Positions 26,934 to 38,100 are shown, numbered from the stretch's first letter. The stretch: 64,000 nucleotides of DNA from an uncultured Flavobacteriaceae bacterium (GCA_964014735.1 CAXHBH010000001.1:51588-115587), one strand, 5' to 3'. Program-made: numbers and translations. Notes: generated from the sequence alone by a model not told the origin.

Positions 26934-28949
26934 ATGTGCACTAAGCGATTTAGTATTGCAGTATTAACTCTCTTATTAATAAATGCCTGCACCTTCATCT
27001 CCAATAACAAAGATAAGCAGGCCATTTCAAAAAAAGTAGCCAACATATTAGAACAGATGACCCTAGCCGAAAAGGTTGGTCAGATGACACAGATAGACAT
27101 ACGTTTGTTAGACGACCCAAGTGATATTAAAACCTATCATATAGGCTCTATTTTGAGTGGAGGTGGCGCCGTTCCAAAAAACAATACGCCATTGGGCTGG
27201 CTTGAGATGGTCAATGGGTTTCAAAAAACCGCCATGGAAGATCGTTTGGCAATTCCGATTATTTATGGCGTAGATGCCGTACACGGACACAATAATGTTT
27301 TGGGCGCAACTGTATTTCCACACAACCTTGCATTAGGCGCTGCCAACGATGCAGATTTGGTATATCGTATAAATAAGGCCACTGCAACTGAGGTTGCTGC
27401 AACCGGAATCCATTGGACGTTTTCTCCTTGTATTACCGTTCCACAAGATCCCAGATGGGGACGTTTCTACGAAGGCTTTGGTCAGTCAACGGAGCTTGTA
27501 AATGGACTTACCACAGCAGCTATAAAAGGGTATCAAGATCAACTTGCTGAAACAAATGACAAACAGGTAGCGGCTTGTGCAAAACACTTTATTGGCGATG
27601 GCGCAACCGTTTGGGGAACTGGCACAAGAATAGACGGTTTACACACCTACTATATTGACCGTGGGGATGTTCAGTTAGACGACAAGACGTTAAGAGAACT
27701 TTATTTACCACCTTATAAAACAGCAATTGCTGCAGATGTCAAAACCATAATGGTAAGTTTTAACAGTGTCCGCGGAGAAAAATGCCACGGGAGCAAATAT
27801 CTTCTAAGTGACCTCTTAAAAGACGAGCTTGGCTTCAAAGGATTTGTGGTATCAGATTGGGCTGGAATTGATGAAATTCCTGGCGACTACAAGTCTGATG
27901 TAATCAATGGAGTTAATGCGGGTATTGACATGGTAATGGTCCCAGGTATTATGCAAGGTCAAAACCAGCAACACTACAAGGTTTTCATTCAATACCTTAT
28001 TGAAGCTGTAAATGAGGGCAGTGTTAGCATGGCAAGAATTGATGATGCAGTAAGCCGTATTTTAAAAGTAAAATTGGAGATTGGATTGTTTGACAGCCCA
28101 TATATTGATGATTCCTATTTAAATCAAATTGGAACTGCAGAACATCGAGCTTTGGCACGTGAAGCAGTTCAAAAGTCAGCGGTATTACTCAAAAATGAAA
28201 ATATTTTGCCATTGCCTAAAAACGCAGCTATTACTGTAGTTGGATCAGCAGCAAACAACCTTGGTGTTCAAAATGGCGGTTGGACAACTGACTGGCAAGG
28301 TATTTTTACCCCCGGCTTTGTATTTCTAGATTACAACGCGGATGAAAAACTGACGAGCAAAGAGTATTACAGTCAACTCGAAAAGATTTTTGAAAATAAA
28401 TTTGAAAAAAGTAGTTGGATGGGTCATTTTGAAGAAATAGACTTAGATAATGATGGAAAAGTCAATGCGGCAGATTTTAAAGGATTTATGGCAAACCGTG
28501 TTTTGCAGCCCAACGGAACAACAGTGTTGGAAGGGCTTTTTCAGGTAGCACCCGAAGCCAGTATCACGTATAGCCCAAACGCCACAACAATATCAGAAAA
28601 CAACATTGTTCTCGCTGTGATTGGGGAATATCCATACGCTGAAGGAATTGGAGATGACGGCGATTTACGACTCAATAAGGCCGATCTTGAAACGCTTGAG
28701 CGCGTATATGCTAGTGGAAATAAGACCATCGTTTTGTTGATGTCTGGCCGACCACTTATGGTACACGAACAGCTACAAAATTGGGATGCTTTTGTTGCTT
28801 CTTTTTTACCAGGAATGGCAGGCGAAGGCTTAGCAGATGTACTTTTTGGAGACGCAGCACCCAAAGCAAAACTTAGCTTTGATTGGGACTTGACGCATGA
28901 CGGGAAAGGCATACTGTTTCCTATGAACAGTGGTCTTACTTATGAATAG
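26934..28949 (+). CDS. glycoside hydrolase family 3 (beta-glucosidase/BglX-like) with inserted EF-hand pair
   Basis: ORF 26934..28949 with a lipoprotein-type signal. It has the GH3 blocks GVDAVHGHN, KHFIGDG and GFKGFVVSDWAGIDE (nucleophile Asp). An insert at about aa 457-526 carries DYNADEKLTSKE and DLDNDGKVNAAD loops. Confidence 0.9.
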   Translation: MCTKRFSIAVLTLLLINACTFISNNKDKQAISKKVANILEQMTLAEKVGQMTQIDIRLLDDPSDIKTYHIGSILSGGGAVPKNNTPLGWLEMVNGFQKTAMEDRLAIPIIYGVDAVHGHNNVLGATVFPHNLALGAANDADLVYRINKATATEVAATGIHWTFSPCITVPQDPRWGRFYEGFGQSTELVNGLTTAAIKGYQDQLAETNDKQVAACAKHFIGDGATVWGTGTRIDGLHTYYIDRGDVQLDDKTLRELYLPPYKTAIAADVKTIMVSFNSVRGEKCHGSKYLLSDLLKDELGFKGFVVSDWAGIDEIPGDYKSDVINGVNAGIDMVMVPGIMQGQNQQHYKVFIQYLIEAVNEGSVSMARIDDAVSRILKVKLEIGLFDSPYIDDSYLNQIGTAEHRALAREAVQKSAVLLKNENILPLPKNAAITVVGSAANNLGVQNGGWTTDWQGIFTPGFVFLDYNADEKLTSKEYYSQLEKIFENKFEKSSWMGHFEEIDLDNDGKVNAADFKGFMANRVLQPNGTTVLEGLFQVAPEASITYSPNATTISENNIVLAVIGEYPYAEGIGDDGDLRLNKADLETLERVYASGNKTIVLLMSGRPLMVHEQLQNWDAFVASFLPGMAGEGLADVLFGDAAPKAKLSFDWDLTHDGKGILFPMNSGLTYE

Positions 28950-28979
28950 TCTTTTAGACAACGCGCAAGAAGTGTATCT

Positions 28980-29474
28980 TTGAGCATGCGTTTTTATTAT
29001 TTGGTTTTTTTTATGTTTTTGGTCGGATGTAAGCAAAAGCAGCCACCTCTTTCTTTTGACAGCTCTGTTGTAGTTGATACTATTGTTCAAAAAACACCAC
29101 TTAAAATACCCGCCTCAAGCCATGAAATAAACTGGTCCAACTTGTTAGCATTGATGGAGTCTTTGCACGAAATCCACTCAGATCAACGTGCCATTACGCT
29201 TAAAAATATTAAGGAAGAAGCCGCCAAAATAAATGCCCAACCGTGGCCAAAAGAATGGGACATTAAGCCTATTCGCGCGCGTTTTAATGTGTTTGTAACA
29301 CATGCGAGTATTGCTTCAGACCAAAGATTGGAGGACAATGCCCTTATACAACAAGGTCAAGCTATCAATAAGATGAAAGAAAGCTGGAATATATTTGCTA
29401 ATCAAATTACTAGTGATAAAACGCTAGCTCCTTTTAACCCCGCAATCGGCCAACCCATAAACAAAACCGAATAG
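28980..29474 (+). CDS. hypothetical lipoprotein
   Basis: ORF 28980..29474 with lipobox FLVGC. No family recognised. It has a 51-nt convergent overlap with the next gene. Confidence 0.45.
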   Translation: MSMRFYYLVFFMFLVGCKQKQPPLSFDSSVVVDTIVQKTPLKIPASSHEINWSNLLALMESLHEIHSDQRAITLKNIKEEAAKINAQPWPKEWDIKPIRARFNVFVTHASIASDQRLEDNALIQQGQAINKMKESWNIFANQITSDKTLAPFNPAIGQPINKTE

Positions 29475-30239
29475 TACTGCGCTACTGCTGTCTATCACTT
29501 TTTTGTTACGTTTACTTGCCATTTTTGAAAACGAAGGTAATGGCAAGTTTAGATGTTCACAGGCTTGAGTATAAAAATAGGCTCTCTGGTGATGAACTGG
29601 ACTAACACAATGAAGTATTTTTCCCCAATGCCCTTCCTCGATTACTGCCATTAGAAAACGTACTACGTCCTCTTGATGAACAAGGTTTGTTGGTGCTTTT
29701 GGCGCTGATAAATTGGTTCTGCCCGCAAGTTGTTTTGCTGGGTGTCTTTTGCCCCCAATCAGTCCGCCCAACCTCACAATTGATGCTTGATTCGTGCAAG
29801 TTTGAATGCTTTTTTCAGCTTTCAATAGTTGTTGTCCGATTATGCTATCAGGTTTAGGGATACTTTCTTCGTTAACTATGCCTTGCGAAGCACCAAACAC
29901 GCCTATGGTACTAAGCAATAATAGTTTACATGACGGATATTTTGCAAGTGCAGCTACAATTGTTTTGATTCGACTTGCATACTTGGCATCTGGGTTTTTC
30001 CTAAGTCCAGGGGGAAATGCAATAATAAGGGTGTCAACATCTTCTACGAAGAGGTTTAAGTTACCAATAATAACTTCGTTATTGAGCTTTATTAAAAATG
30101 GCTCTATGCCCATATTTTGTAAGAGCTCTAAACTGTCTTTAGATGTAACACTTCCACGAACATGATGCCCTTGTGCTATAAGTGACTCGGCAAGTGATTT
30201 CCCCAACCAACCACATCCAATAATAGCTATCTTTTTCAT
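29424..30239 (-). CDS. NAD(P)-binding Rossmann-fold oxidoreductase (atypical SDR/NmrA-like)
   Basis: ORF 29424..30239. N-terminal MKKIAIIGCGWLGKSLAESL dinucleotide-binding motif. Confidence 0.7.
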   Translation of the reverse strand: MKKIAIIGCGWLGKSLAESLIAQGHHVRGSVTSKDSLELLQNMGIEPFLIKLNNEVIIGNLNLFVEDVDTLIIAFPPGLRKNPDAKYASRIKTIVAALAKYPSCKLLLLSTIGVFGASQGIVNEESIPKPDSIIGQQLLKAEKSIQTCTNQASIVRLGGLIGGKRHPAKQLAGRTNLSAPKAPTNLVHQEDVVRFLMAVIEEGHWGKILHCVSPVHHQRAYFYTQACEHLNLPLPSFSKMASKRNKKVIDSSSAVLFGFVYGLADCGVKRS

Positions 30240-30317
30240 CTTTGTAAATGTATCTTTTTTACCAACAACTCAAAGATTAATTTTTTTTCCATATCTTTTA
30301 CTCAGCAAAAATCATAA

Positions 30318-30782
30318 ATGCCTATAAAAAGTTTTCAAGCAGCCCGTCAAAAACTCATTCCTAAGCGAAAGAAATTCCTTTTGGTTAGAGACTATATGAC
30401 TCGCGACTTGATTTCGTTTTCCCCCCAGCAATCCATCCTTGAAGTAATGCGTATTCTAATTCGCAATAAAATTTCTGGTGGGCCTGTTTTGGACGAAATG
30501 TCTAGATTAATTGGGATTATTTCTGAGGCAGACTGTATTAAGTATCTTTCGGAAAGCAAGTATTTTAATCAACCTTTCTTTGATCGTAAGGTATCAGATA
30601 GCATGTCAGAAAACCCAGATACAATAGAAGCAGATAAAACTATTTTTGATGTCGCTACTGTGTTTCACAAAACCAACCGCCGTAGGCTCCCTGTTTTGGA
30701 ACAAGGCCGGCTGGTAGGGCAAATAAGTAGGCAGGATGTTGTTAAAGCAGCGTTGTTGTTGAGAAGTCAACGATGGCGCTAA
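30318..30782 (+). CDS. CBS domain pair protein
   Basis: ORF 30318..30782. It has two CBS-like units (VRDYMTRDLISF...GGPVLD and VSDSMSENPDTI...RRLPVLEQGRLVGQISRQD). Confidence 0.85.
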   Translation: MPIKSFQAARQKLIPKRKKFLLVRDYMTRDLISFSPQQSILEVMRILIRNKISGGPVLDEMSRLIGIISEADCIKYLSESKYFNQPFFDRKVSDSMSENPDTIEADKTIFDVATVFHKTNRRRLPVLEQGRLVGQISRQDVVKAALLLRSQRWR

Positions 30783-30814
30783 AGTGAATTATATAACCTT
30801 AAAAACCCCTTATC

Positions 30815-31140
30815 GTGAGCACCATTCAAAATAGCGTTATGCTAATCTGACATCTGGGTGATAACCCGGAAGAAGTAAAATTAGACTCAAACAAAAAGTT
30901 AACCACTTTTTCAATAGTTACCAATTTGCGATATAAAAATAAAGAAGGCGAACCTATTGAAAAAACTCAATGGCACCGTGTTGTTGCGTGGAATAAGTTG
31001 GCTGAAATATGCCTCGAACACCTAAAAAAAGGAAGTCATGTAGCTTGTCAAGGACATTTGGAATATCGCGAGTTTGAAACAAAAGCTGGTGAAAAAAGAC
31101 TACTCCAGAAATCCATTTAAACGAAATGCAGATACTCTAA
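30815..31140 (+). pseudogene. ssb: ssb-like (short single-stranded DNA-binding protein paralog) with one nonsense codon and one homopolymer frameshift
   Basis: My translation is VSTIQNSVMLI*HLGDNPEEVKLDSNKKLTTFSIVTNLRYKNKEGEPIEKTQWHRVVAWNKLAEICLEHLKKGSHVACQGHLEYREFETKAGEK. After the A6 run at 31092-31097 the conserved end KKTTPEIHLNEMQIL* is in the next frame. The TGA at 30848 replaces the Gly of MLIGHLG. Confidence 0.7.
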
Positions 31141-32043
31141 TCAGTCGTAAATATCCGCTGCTACACGATAGGTATTGGCGTGTGCCTCAACGATGATATT
31201 TACATCTGGGGCATAGCCTCCACCCATACTACATTGCACAGGAATATTACGACTATAACAAGCGGATAGAACCATTTCATCTCTTTTTTTGGAACCTTCA
31301 AGCGAAAGTGATAAACGCCCGAGTTTGTCTTTTTTTAAGACATCTACACCAGAAAGGTAAAACACAAAGTTAGGCTCGAAATTATCAAATAACTTATAGA
31401 GCACTTCATCCAACATACTTAAGTATGCGGTGTCTTTGGTGTTATCCGCTAATGCAATATCCAAGTCACTCTTTTCTTTTTGGAAAGGGTAGTTTGCTTT
31501 GCCGTGAACTGAAAATGTAAATACAGCTTTATTGTTTTGAAACAGTGCCGCCGTACCATTCCCTTGATGAACATCTAAATCTACAATTAAGATTTTTTTC
31601 GCTAAGTTATTGTCAAGCATATAATTTGCAGCAATAGCTTGATCGTTGAGTAGACAAAATGCCTCTCCACGGTCATAAAAGGCATGATGTGTCCCTCCCG
31701 CAATATTAAATGCGACACCACTTTCTAGCGCAAAAATACAGCCTTGTAATGTCCCCTGAGCAATGATACACTCTCGTTCAATGAGTTCAGCAGAAAGGGG
31801 AAACCCAATGCGGCGCGCTTCTTTTTTTGAAAGCGACAAGGTGTTTAGTTGTTCGTAATAGTCAGTAGAATGTGTTCGTGTAATGTGCGTATTTGTAATT
31901 CGCTTGGGTGCAAAAAACTGCTCTTTACGGCAGGTTCCTTCTAATAACAGTTGTTGTGGTAATAATTCATACTTAGCCATGGGAAAACGATGTCCATCTG
32001 GAAGCGGATGTGCGTAAACAGCATGATGGGCAATGCGAATCAT
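31141..32043 (-). CDS. histone deacetylase-family amidohydrolase (AcuC/HDAC-like)
   Basis: ORF 31141..32049 (ATG at 32043). It has the motifs GGTHHAFYDRGEAFC and VDLDVHQGNGTA. Confidence 0.85.
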   Translation of the reverse strand: MIRIAHHAVYAHPLPDGHRFPMAKYELLPQQLLLEGTCRKEQFFAPKRITNTHITRTHSTDYYEQLNTLSLSKKEARRIGFPLSAELIERECIIAQGTLQGCIFALESGVAFNIAGGTHHAFYDRGEAFCLLNDQAIAANYMLDNNLAKKILIVDLDVHQGNGTAALFQNNKAVFTFSVHGKANYPFQKEKSDLDIALADNTKDTAYLSMLDEVLYKLFDNFEPNFVFYLSGVDVLKKDKLGRLSLSLEGSKKRDEMVLSACYSRNIPVQCSMGGGYAPDVNIIVEAHANTYRVAADIYD

Positions 32044-32350
32044 TACCACAAATATAGGCCTTTGACTTTTCTACATGCTTTTAAAATTAAAGCACTAACC
32101 ATTAAAAAAACCAATTATGAAAACTAGAAAAATAATGCCCTCGTCTGAATTTAGTTTCAATAAGACGTGAAAAATCGAATTAATATCTTGACTCAAAGTG
32201 TAAGAAAAGCAAGGGGCGTCTATTAGAAAACCAAAAATGAAAAGCTTTTTGTTAAAACGGTGTTTCATCCCAATAAGATTAGGATTTTTAAAAGTAAAAA
32301 TTATTTAATAACCCAACCAAATTATTTAGAATTTGAAAGAAGTAGAAGTA

Positions 32351-34024
32351 CTATGAGGTAAGCTTTTCTAGCTGAGCAGCAATTGCGTCATCTTCTATTT
32401 TTCCAAAAAGAAGGGAAGCATTGCCAAGTAAGTGGTTGCTTTTAACAGGCATTTTTTCTTTAAAGCTGTTCCAACAAATACCCTTATCTAACAGTAACAT
32501 CTCTCGAAGTTTTTTGGCAGTATATGGTAAAAAGGGTTCGGATAATACAGCCAGTCCAGCAGCTACTTGAATGGCTATGTGCATGATTGTAGCTACACGC
32601 TTAGGGTTTGTTTTGATTAGCTTCCAAGGTTCTTCGTCAGCCAAATATTTATTACCCAATCGCGCTAGTTGCATCATTTCTTGACAGGCCGCACGAAACT
32701 TATATTGCTCAATTAATTTTCCAATTTTTGACGGTGCAGCTGAAAGCGTTTGAAGGGTTTCATTATCAACGGAGCTGTATTTGTTGGGTTCTGGAACAAC
32801 GCTTTCATAATACTTTTTCATCAAGACCATTACACGATTTATAAAGTTTCCAAAAATAGCTACTAGTTCGCTGTTGTTTCGGGTTTGAAAATCTTGCCAT
32901 GTGAAGTCGTTGTCTTTAGCTTCGGGTGCATTTACCGTCAGCACATATCGTAGGACATCTTGTTTATCGGGAAAATCCTGAAGGTATTCATGTAGCCAAA
33001 CGGCCCAATTTTTTGAAGTTGAAAGCTTTTGCCCCTCCAGATTCAGAAACTCGTTTGCAGGTACATTTTTAGGTAGTATATAATTGCCCATAGCTTTTAG
33101 AAGAGCTGGAAAAATAATACAATGGAACACGATATTGTCTTTTCCGATAAAATGAACAAGTTCAGTATTTTCATCCTTCCAGTAAGGCACCCAGTCTTTA
33201 CCTTCTTTTGCTGCCCATTCTTTTGTAGCAGAGATGTATCCAATTGGTGCATCAAACCAAACATAAAGTACTTTGTTTTCACCCCCATCAACTGGGACTG
33301 GAATACCCCATGATAAGTCACGGGTTACGGCTCTTGGTTTTAGTCCTTCGTCAAGCCATGATTTGACTTGACCCAGAACATTTGGTTTCCAATCTTTTTG
33401 ATGCTCGTCAAGTATCCATGAACGTAAAAAAGCTTCATATCTATTAAGCGGTAAATACCAATGTTTAGTTTTTTTAAAGCTTGGAACTTCGCCTGAAATC
33501 GCTGACTTAGGATCGATCAAATCCGTTGCGTTTAGCGAACTTCCACAAGACTCACACTGATCGCCATAGGCTTCTGGATGATGGCATTTTGGGCAGGTAC
33601 CCAAAACATACCTATCAGCCAAAAACTGATCTTCTTTGGCGTCATAAAACTGTGCCGAAGTCTGGGTCTCAAACCCATCTTTGTCATGAATTGCTTTAAA
33701 GAACTCTTGTGCTGTTTCGTGATGCACTTTGCTCGAAGTTCTCCCGTAATAATCAAAAGAGATGCCAAAATCGTTAAATGCTTTGTTGATAATATTGTGA
33801 TACTTATCAATAACTTGTTTAGGTGTTACGCCATCTTTTTTGGCTTTCATCGAAATGGCAACGCCATGTTCGTCACTCCCACATATAAACAATACCTCAT
33901 CCCCCTTTAGGCGTAAGTAGCGGGTATAGATATCAGCAGGTACATATACGCCAGCCATATGGCCAATATGGATAGGCCCATTTGTATATGGTAGTGCAGC
34001 GGTAATGGTGTGGCGTTTAGTCAT
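32351..34024 (-). CDS. metG: methionine--tRNA ligase (no C-terminal tRNA-binding domain)
   Basis: ORF 32351..34024. It has a HIGH-type motif PIHIGHMAG, Zn knuckles CPKC...CESCG, and a KMSKS-type motif KLSTSKN. Confidence 0.9.
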   Translation of the reverse strand: MTKRHTITAALPYTNGPIHIGHMAGVYVPADIYTRYLRLKGDEVLFICGSDEHGVAISMKAKKDGVTPKQVIDKYHNIINKAFNDFGISFDYYGRTSSKVHHETAQEFFKAIHDKDGFETQTSAQFYDAKEDQFLADRYVLGTCPKCHHPEAYGDQCESCGSSLNATDLIDPKSAISGEVPSFKKTKHWYLPLNRYEAFLRSWILDEHQKDWKPNVLGQVKSWLDEGLKPRAVTRDLSWGIPVPVDGGENKVLYVWFDAPIGYISATKEWAAKEGKDWVPYWKDENTELVHFIGKDNIVFHCIIFPALLKAMGNYILPKNVPANEFLNLEGQKLSTSKNWAVWLHEYLQDFPDKQDVLRYVLTVNAPEAKDNDFTWQDFQTRNNSELVAIFGNFINRVMVLMKKYYESVVPEPNKYSSVDNETLQTLSAAPSKIGKLIEQYKFRAACQEMMQLARLGNKYLADEEPWKLIKTNPKRVATIMHIAIQVAAGLAVLSEPFLPYTAKKLREMLLLDKGICWNSFKEKMPVKSNHLLGNASLLFGKIEDDAIAAQLEKLTS

Positions 34025-34110
34025 GAAAAATTTATGCGCATAAAAATAGTGATTTTATACCCTAACTTACTTGAGGCTGCTTATATTTAATAATCTCAAA
34101 TCTCAATATT

Positions 34111-34476
34111 ATGAGTATACATATTAAAAGTAAGAAAGGTTAAGACATAGCTTGCGCCTATTTAGAAAAGCAGGGCTATAACATTAGACATCGTAATTTC
34201 TAACATCAAAAAGCCTAGATTGATATCATTGCATCTAAAAATGAAATACTCGCCATTGTTGAAGTTAAGTGGTGTATCTCAGATTTTTATGGCGCTCCGG
34301 AAACATTTGTAACTCCAAAAAAGCAGAAGCTTTTGGGGAGTGCCGCAGATTTCTATGTGCAAAAATTTAACTGGCAAGGTGAAACACGTTTTGTTATCAT
34401 TAGTATTTTAGGCCAGACCCTTAATCATGAGATAAATCATATTAAACATGCTTTTTATTTAATTAAAATGTTATAA
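34111..34476 (+). pseudogene. yraN: YraN (UPF0102) family endonuclease-like gene with three in-frame stop codons
   Basis: A single 122-codon frame reads MSIHIKSKKG*DIACAYLEKQGYNIRHRNF*HQKA*IDIIASKNEILAIVEVKWCISDFYGAPETFVTPKKQKLL...ETRFVIISI...INHIKHAFY. The stops are TAA 34141, TAA 34201 and TAG 34216. There is no frameshift. Confidence 0.75.
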
Positions 34477-34526
34477 TTATAACAGTTTGTTTAATTAGTA
34501 ATAACTTTATGAAATAATTACAATTC

Positions 34527-35186
34527 ATGAAAACTATTGCCGCTGCTGTAGAAGCGCATATCAAGTCAAAGCCTTTTTTAATTAGCGCACTTACCCAAGG
34601 AATTATCAACCTTACATCACTATCTCGCATGATGCAAGATGAGATTCAGGGACAAACCCAAAAAGCTGTTCGCACAGGCGCCATTGTGATGGCGCTCAAA
34701 CGCCTATCTACAGATTTGGAGTTTCGCCACTCGCACAAAATAATCAAGACCTTAAAAAATATTGGAGATATAACAGTTCGCTCTGCACTTATTGATTATA
34801 ATTTTAAAGTATCAGACACCTTGCTTGCAGCCCAAGCTAAGCTACTTTCCCAACTACAATTATCAAGCGAAAACTTTTATACCTCTTCAAGAGGCGTCCA
34901 CGAGTGTAATATTGTTGTGAGCCAACACCTAGCTCCTCTGGTTGACAAACATCTTGCGCAAGAGCTTTGTTTACACAAAGAGGAAAATTTATCTTCTATT
35001 ACATTAAAGCTCCCAACAGAGAATGTTGCCATTCCAGGAATTTATTACTTTGTTTTTCAGCGGCTTTCGTGGGAGGGAATCAATATTTGCGAAGTCATTT
35101 CTACATCAAACGAGTTTACCATACTTGTCAATGATGTGCAAGTTGACAAGGCTTTTAGGGTTGTTAAAGATCTTAAGCAACTGTAG
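34527..35186 (+). CDS. hypothetical protein, possible ACT-like C-terminal domain
   Basis: ORF 34527..35186. The C-terminal INICEVISTSNEFTILVNDVQVDKAFRVV resembles aspartokinase ACT repeats. The assignment is weak. Confidence 0.45.
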   Translation: MKTIAAAVEAHIKSKPFLISALTQGIINLTSLSRMMQDEIQGQTQKAVRTGAIVMALKRLSTDLEFRHSHKIIKTLKNIGDITVRSALIDYNFKVSDTLLAAQAKLLSQLQLSSENFYTSSRGVHECNIVVSQHLAPLVDKHLAQELCLHKEENLSSITLKLPTENVAIPGIYYFVFQRLSWEGINICEVISTSNEFTILVNDVQVDKAFRVVKDLKQL

Positions 35187-38100
35187 GCATTTGTAATGTT
35201 TTTAATAATTGGATGGCATTTTCTAAGGATTTCACCTCACTGATGACCAGCACCAATTTGTGTTTTTCCATGCTCTTTTTTTCTTTAATTTGAGCTTTAC
35301 CTAAATTTCCAACTTTACTCAACAAATGTTGAAATGCTGTTGTTTGATAAAAGTCACTTTCAGGGCTGGCTTCAAAAGTACAAATGCATTTGTGCTTTTT
35401 TAATACTATTTTCTCGAATCCTAACGATTCACCCAACCATTTGAAGCGAACACTTTCAAAAAGTGCTAATGTTGGCTCAGGTAAGTTTCCAAATCGGTCC
35501 TTGAGCGCATCTCCAAAAGCAGTGAGTTCGTCTTCAGTTTTTAGTGCAGAAAGTGCTTGGTATTGTACCATTCGTTCTTTAACATTGTTGATATAATCCG
35601 TAGGGAAGAAAACCTCAACATCTGTGTCTAAAACCAGCTCTTTTGGTTTGGGTTCTTCACCTGGATATAATGCTTTAAATTCATTTTGCTGTAATTCTTC
35701 AATGGCACCTTTTAGTATTTTTTGATAAGTTTCAAACCCAATATCATTAATAAATCCACTTTGCTCACCACCCAATAAATCTCCTGCGCCTCTAATTTCT
35801 AAATCTTTCATGGCAATTTGGAACCCTGACCCTAGTGCTGTGTATTGGCTGATGGCTTCCATGCGTTTCCGAGCATATGGTGTGAGTACTGAAAAAGGCG
35901 GGGTAATAAAATAACAGAACGCTTTTTTGTTGCTGCGACCAACGCGACCACGCATTTGGTGTAAATCACTCAGGCCGAAATTATTGGCATTATTGATGAA
36001 TATGGTATTGGCATTTGGAACATCCAAGCCACTTTCAATAATAGTAGTGGCTACCAAAACATCAAAGTCTCCTGCTATAAAACCAAGCATCAGCTTTTCC
36101 AATGTATTTCCTTGAAGTTGGCCGTGTGCAGTTGCTATGCGCGCATCAGGCACAAGACGCTGTATTGCTCCAGAAACTTCTTTAATATTTTCAATACGGT
36201 TGTGTACAAAAAAAACTTGTCCACCACGTTGTAATTCGTAAATAACAGCATCGCGAATTTGTATTTCGTTCCAAGATAAAACCTGACTTTCGATAGGATG
36301 TCGGTTTGGTGGTGGTGTATTGATAACCGATAAGTCTCTTGCAGCCATTAGACTAAACTGAAGGGTTCTTGGTATGGGTGTGGCGGTGAGTGTGAGTACG
36401 TCCATATGTTCTTTCAGCGCGCGCAACTTTTCTTTAACGCCAACTCCAAACTTTTGTTCTTCATCAACTACAAGGAGCCCTAGGTCTTTAAAAGAAACTG
36501 ACTTCCCTACCAATTGATGAGTACCAATAAGTATGTCTATGGTACCATTATCAATTCCCTCTAAAACTTCCTTTTTTTGTTTTGTACTTCTAAATCGATT
36601 GAGATAATCCACCGTTACGGGGAAGTCTTTAAGCCTATTTTTAAAGGTATTATAGTGCTGAAATGCAAGTATGGTTGTAGGGACCAATACAGCTACTTGC
36701 TTACCATTATCAACAGCCTTAAATGCTGCTCTAATTGCCACCTCTGTTTTGCCAAACCCAACATCACCACAAACCAGTCGATCCATGGGCTTTTGGTCTT
36801 CCATATCTTGTTTAACGGCTTCCGTAGCTGTCCGCTGATCTGGCGTATCTTCAAAAACAAAAGATGCTTCAAGCTCGTGTTGTAAATAGGTATCAGGTCC
36901 AGATGCAAAGCCTTTGTTAATACGTCTTTTGGCGTAGACTTTGATAAGGTTAAAAGCAATTTCCTTAACTCTTTTTTTGGTTTTTTGCTTGATTTTTTTC
37001 CATGCTCCAGAACCTAATTTATATATTTTGGGTGCAGCACCGTCTTTTCCGTTGTATTTCGAAATTTTATGAAGCGAGTGTATACTCACATAAAGGATAT
37101 CCCTATCCCCATAAAAAAGCTTGATGGCATCTTGAGTTTTGCCCTCAACGTCAATACGCTGAAGACCCCCAAAAGTTCCAATACCGTGATCGATATGCGT
37201 AACATAATCTCCAACTTCTAATTCAGTCAGTGCCTTTAGAGATAAGGCTTGTTTTTTGGCATAGCCATTTTTTAATCTAAACCTGTGATATCTTTCAAAA
37301 AGTTGGTGATCAGTGTAGCAAACAATGTTTTCATCTATGTCTATAAAACCTTGAAATAACGGTGCGACCCAGCAATGAAAAGAAGTCTCAGGAGTAAGCT
37401 CCTCAACAATTTGAACCAGTCGTTTTTTTTGGGCATCTGAGGCACAAAAAACATGATTAATCAACTGCTTTTCTGTGTTTTCATTCAGCTGGTTTACAAA
37501 CCAGTCGAATCTACGTTGAAAACGTGGCTGTGGTTGGCATTCAAAAACCACAACATTTTCCTTGGTTTTGGAAGTAAAATGCACCTGCTTGTGTACAGCC
37601 AAATCATACTCAAACTGTTTTCCATCTACTAAAAGAGCCTCGGGCTGTAAGCGTTTAATTTGGCCAGAAAGTGCAACATATGATTTTTCTGCGTTTGCAT
37701 ACAAATGGTCCAATGAAGATTGAATTGTGTCCATATTTTGTAAGCAAATCAAACTCCCCTTTTCTATAAACGATAATAAAGATTGCCGCTTCTCGTTTAT
37801 TTTTTTTTGCTCTATATTGGCTAAAATCTGTACAGCAATTAAGGCTTGGGTCGAACGCTGACTGCTAACGTCAAAACTTCGAATAGTATCAATTTCATCA
37901 CCAAAAAACTCTATTCGAAAGGGTTCTTCATGGCTATAGGAGTGCACATCCAAAATGCCACCCCGAACTGCAAATTCTCCAGGTTCTGAAACAAAGTCTA
38001 CACGCTTAAAGCCAAATTCAAAAAGCGTTTCGTTGACAAAATCGATACTTAATTTATCACCCTTTTTTATGGCTAGGGTTTTGCGCTGTAATTCTTTTGG

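Noticed and set aside
32095-32268. A 57-codon minus-strand ORF (MKHRFNKKLFIFGFLIDAP...) between the HDAC-like gene and metG
   Set aside because: It is hydrophobic and plausible as a small membrane protein. There is no motif, no conservation evidence and no clear promoter box, so it is too weak to call.
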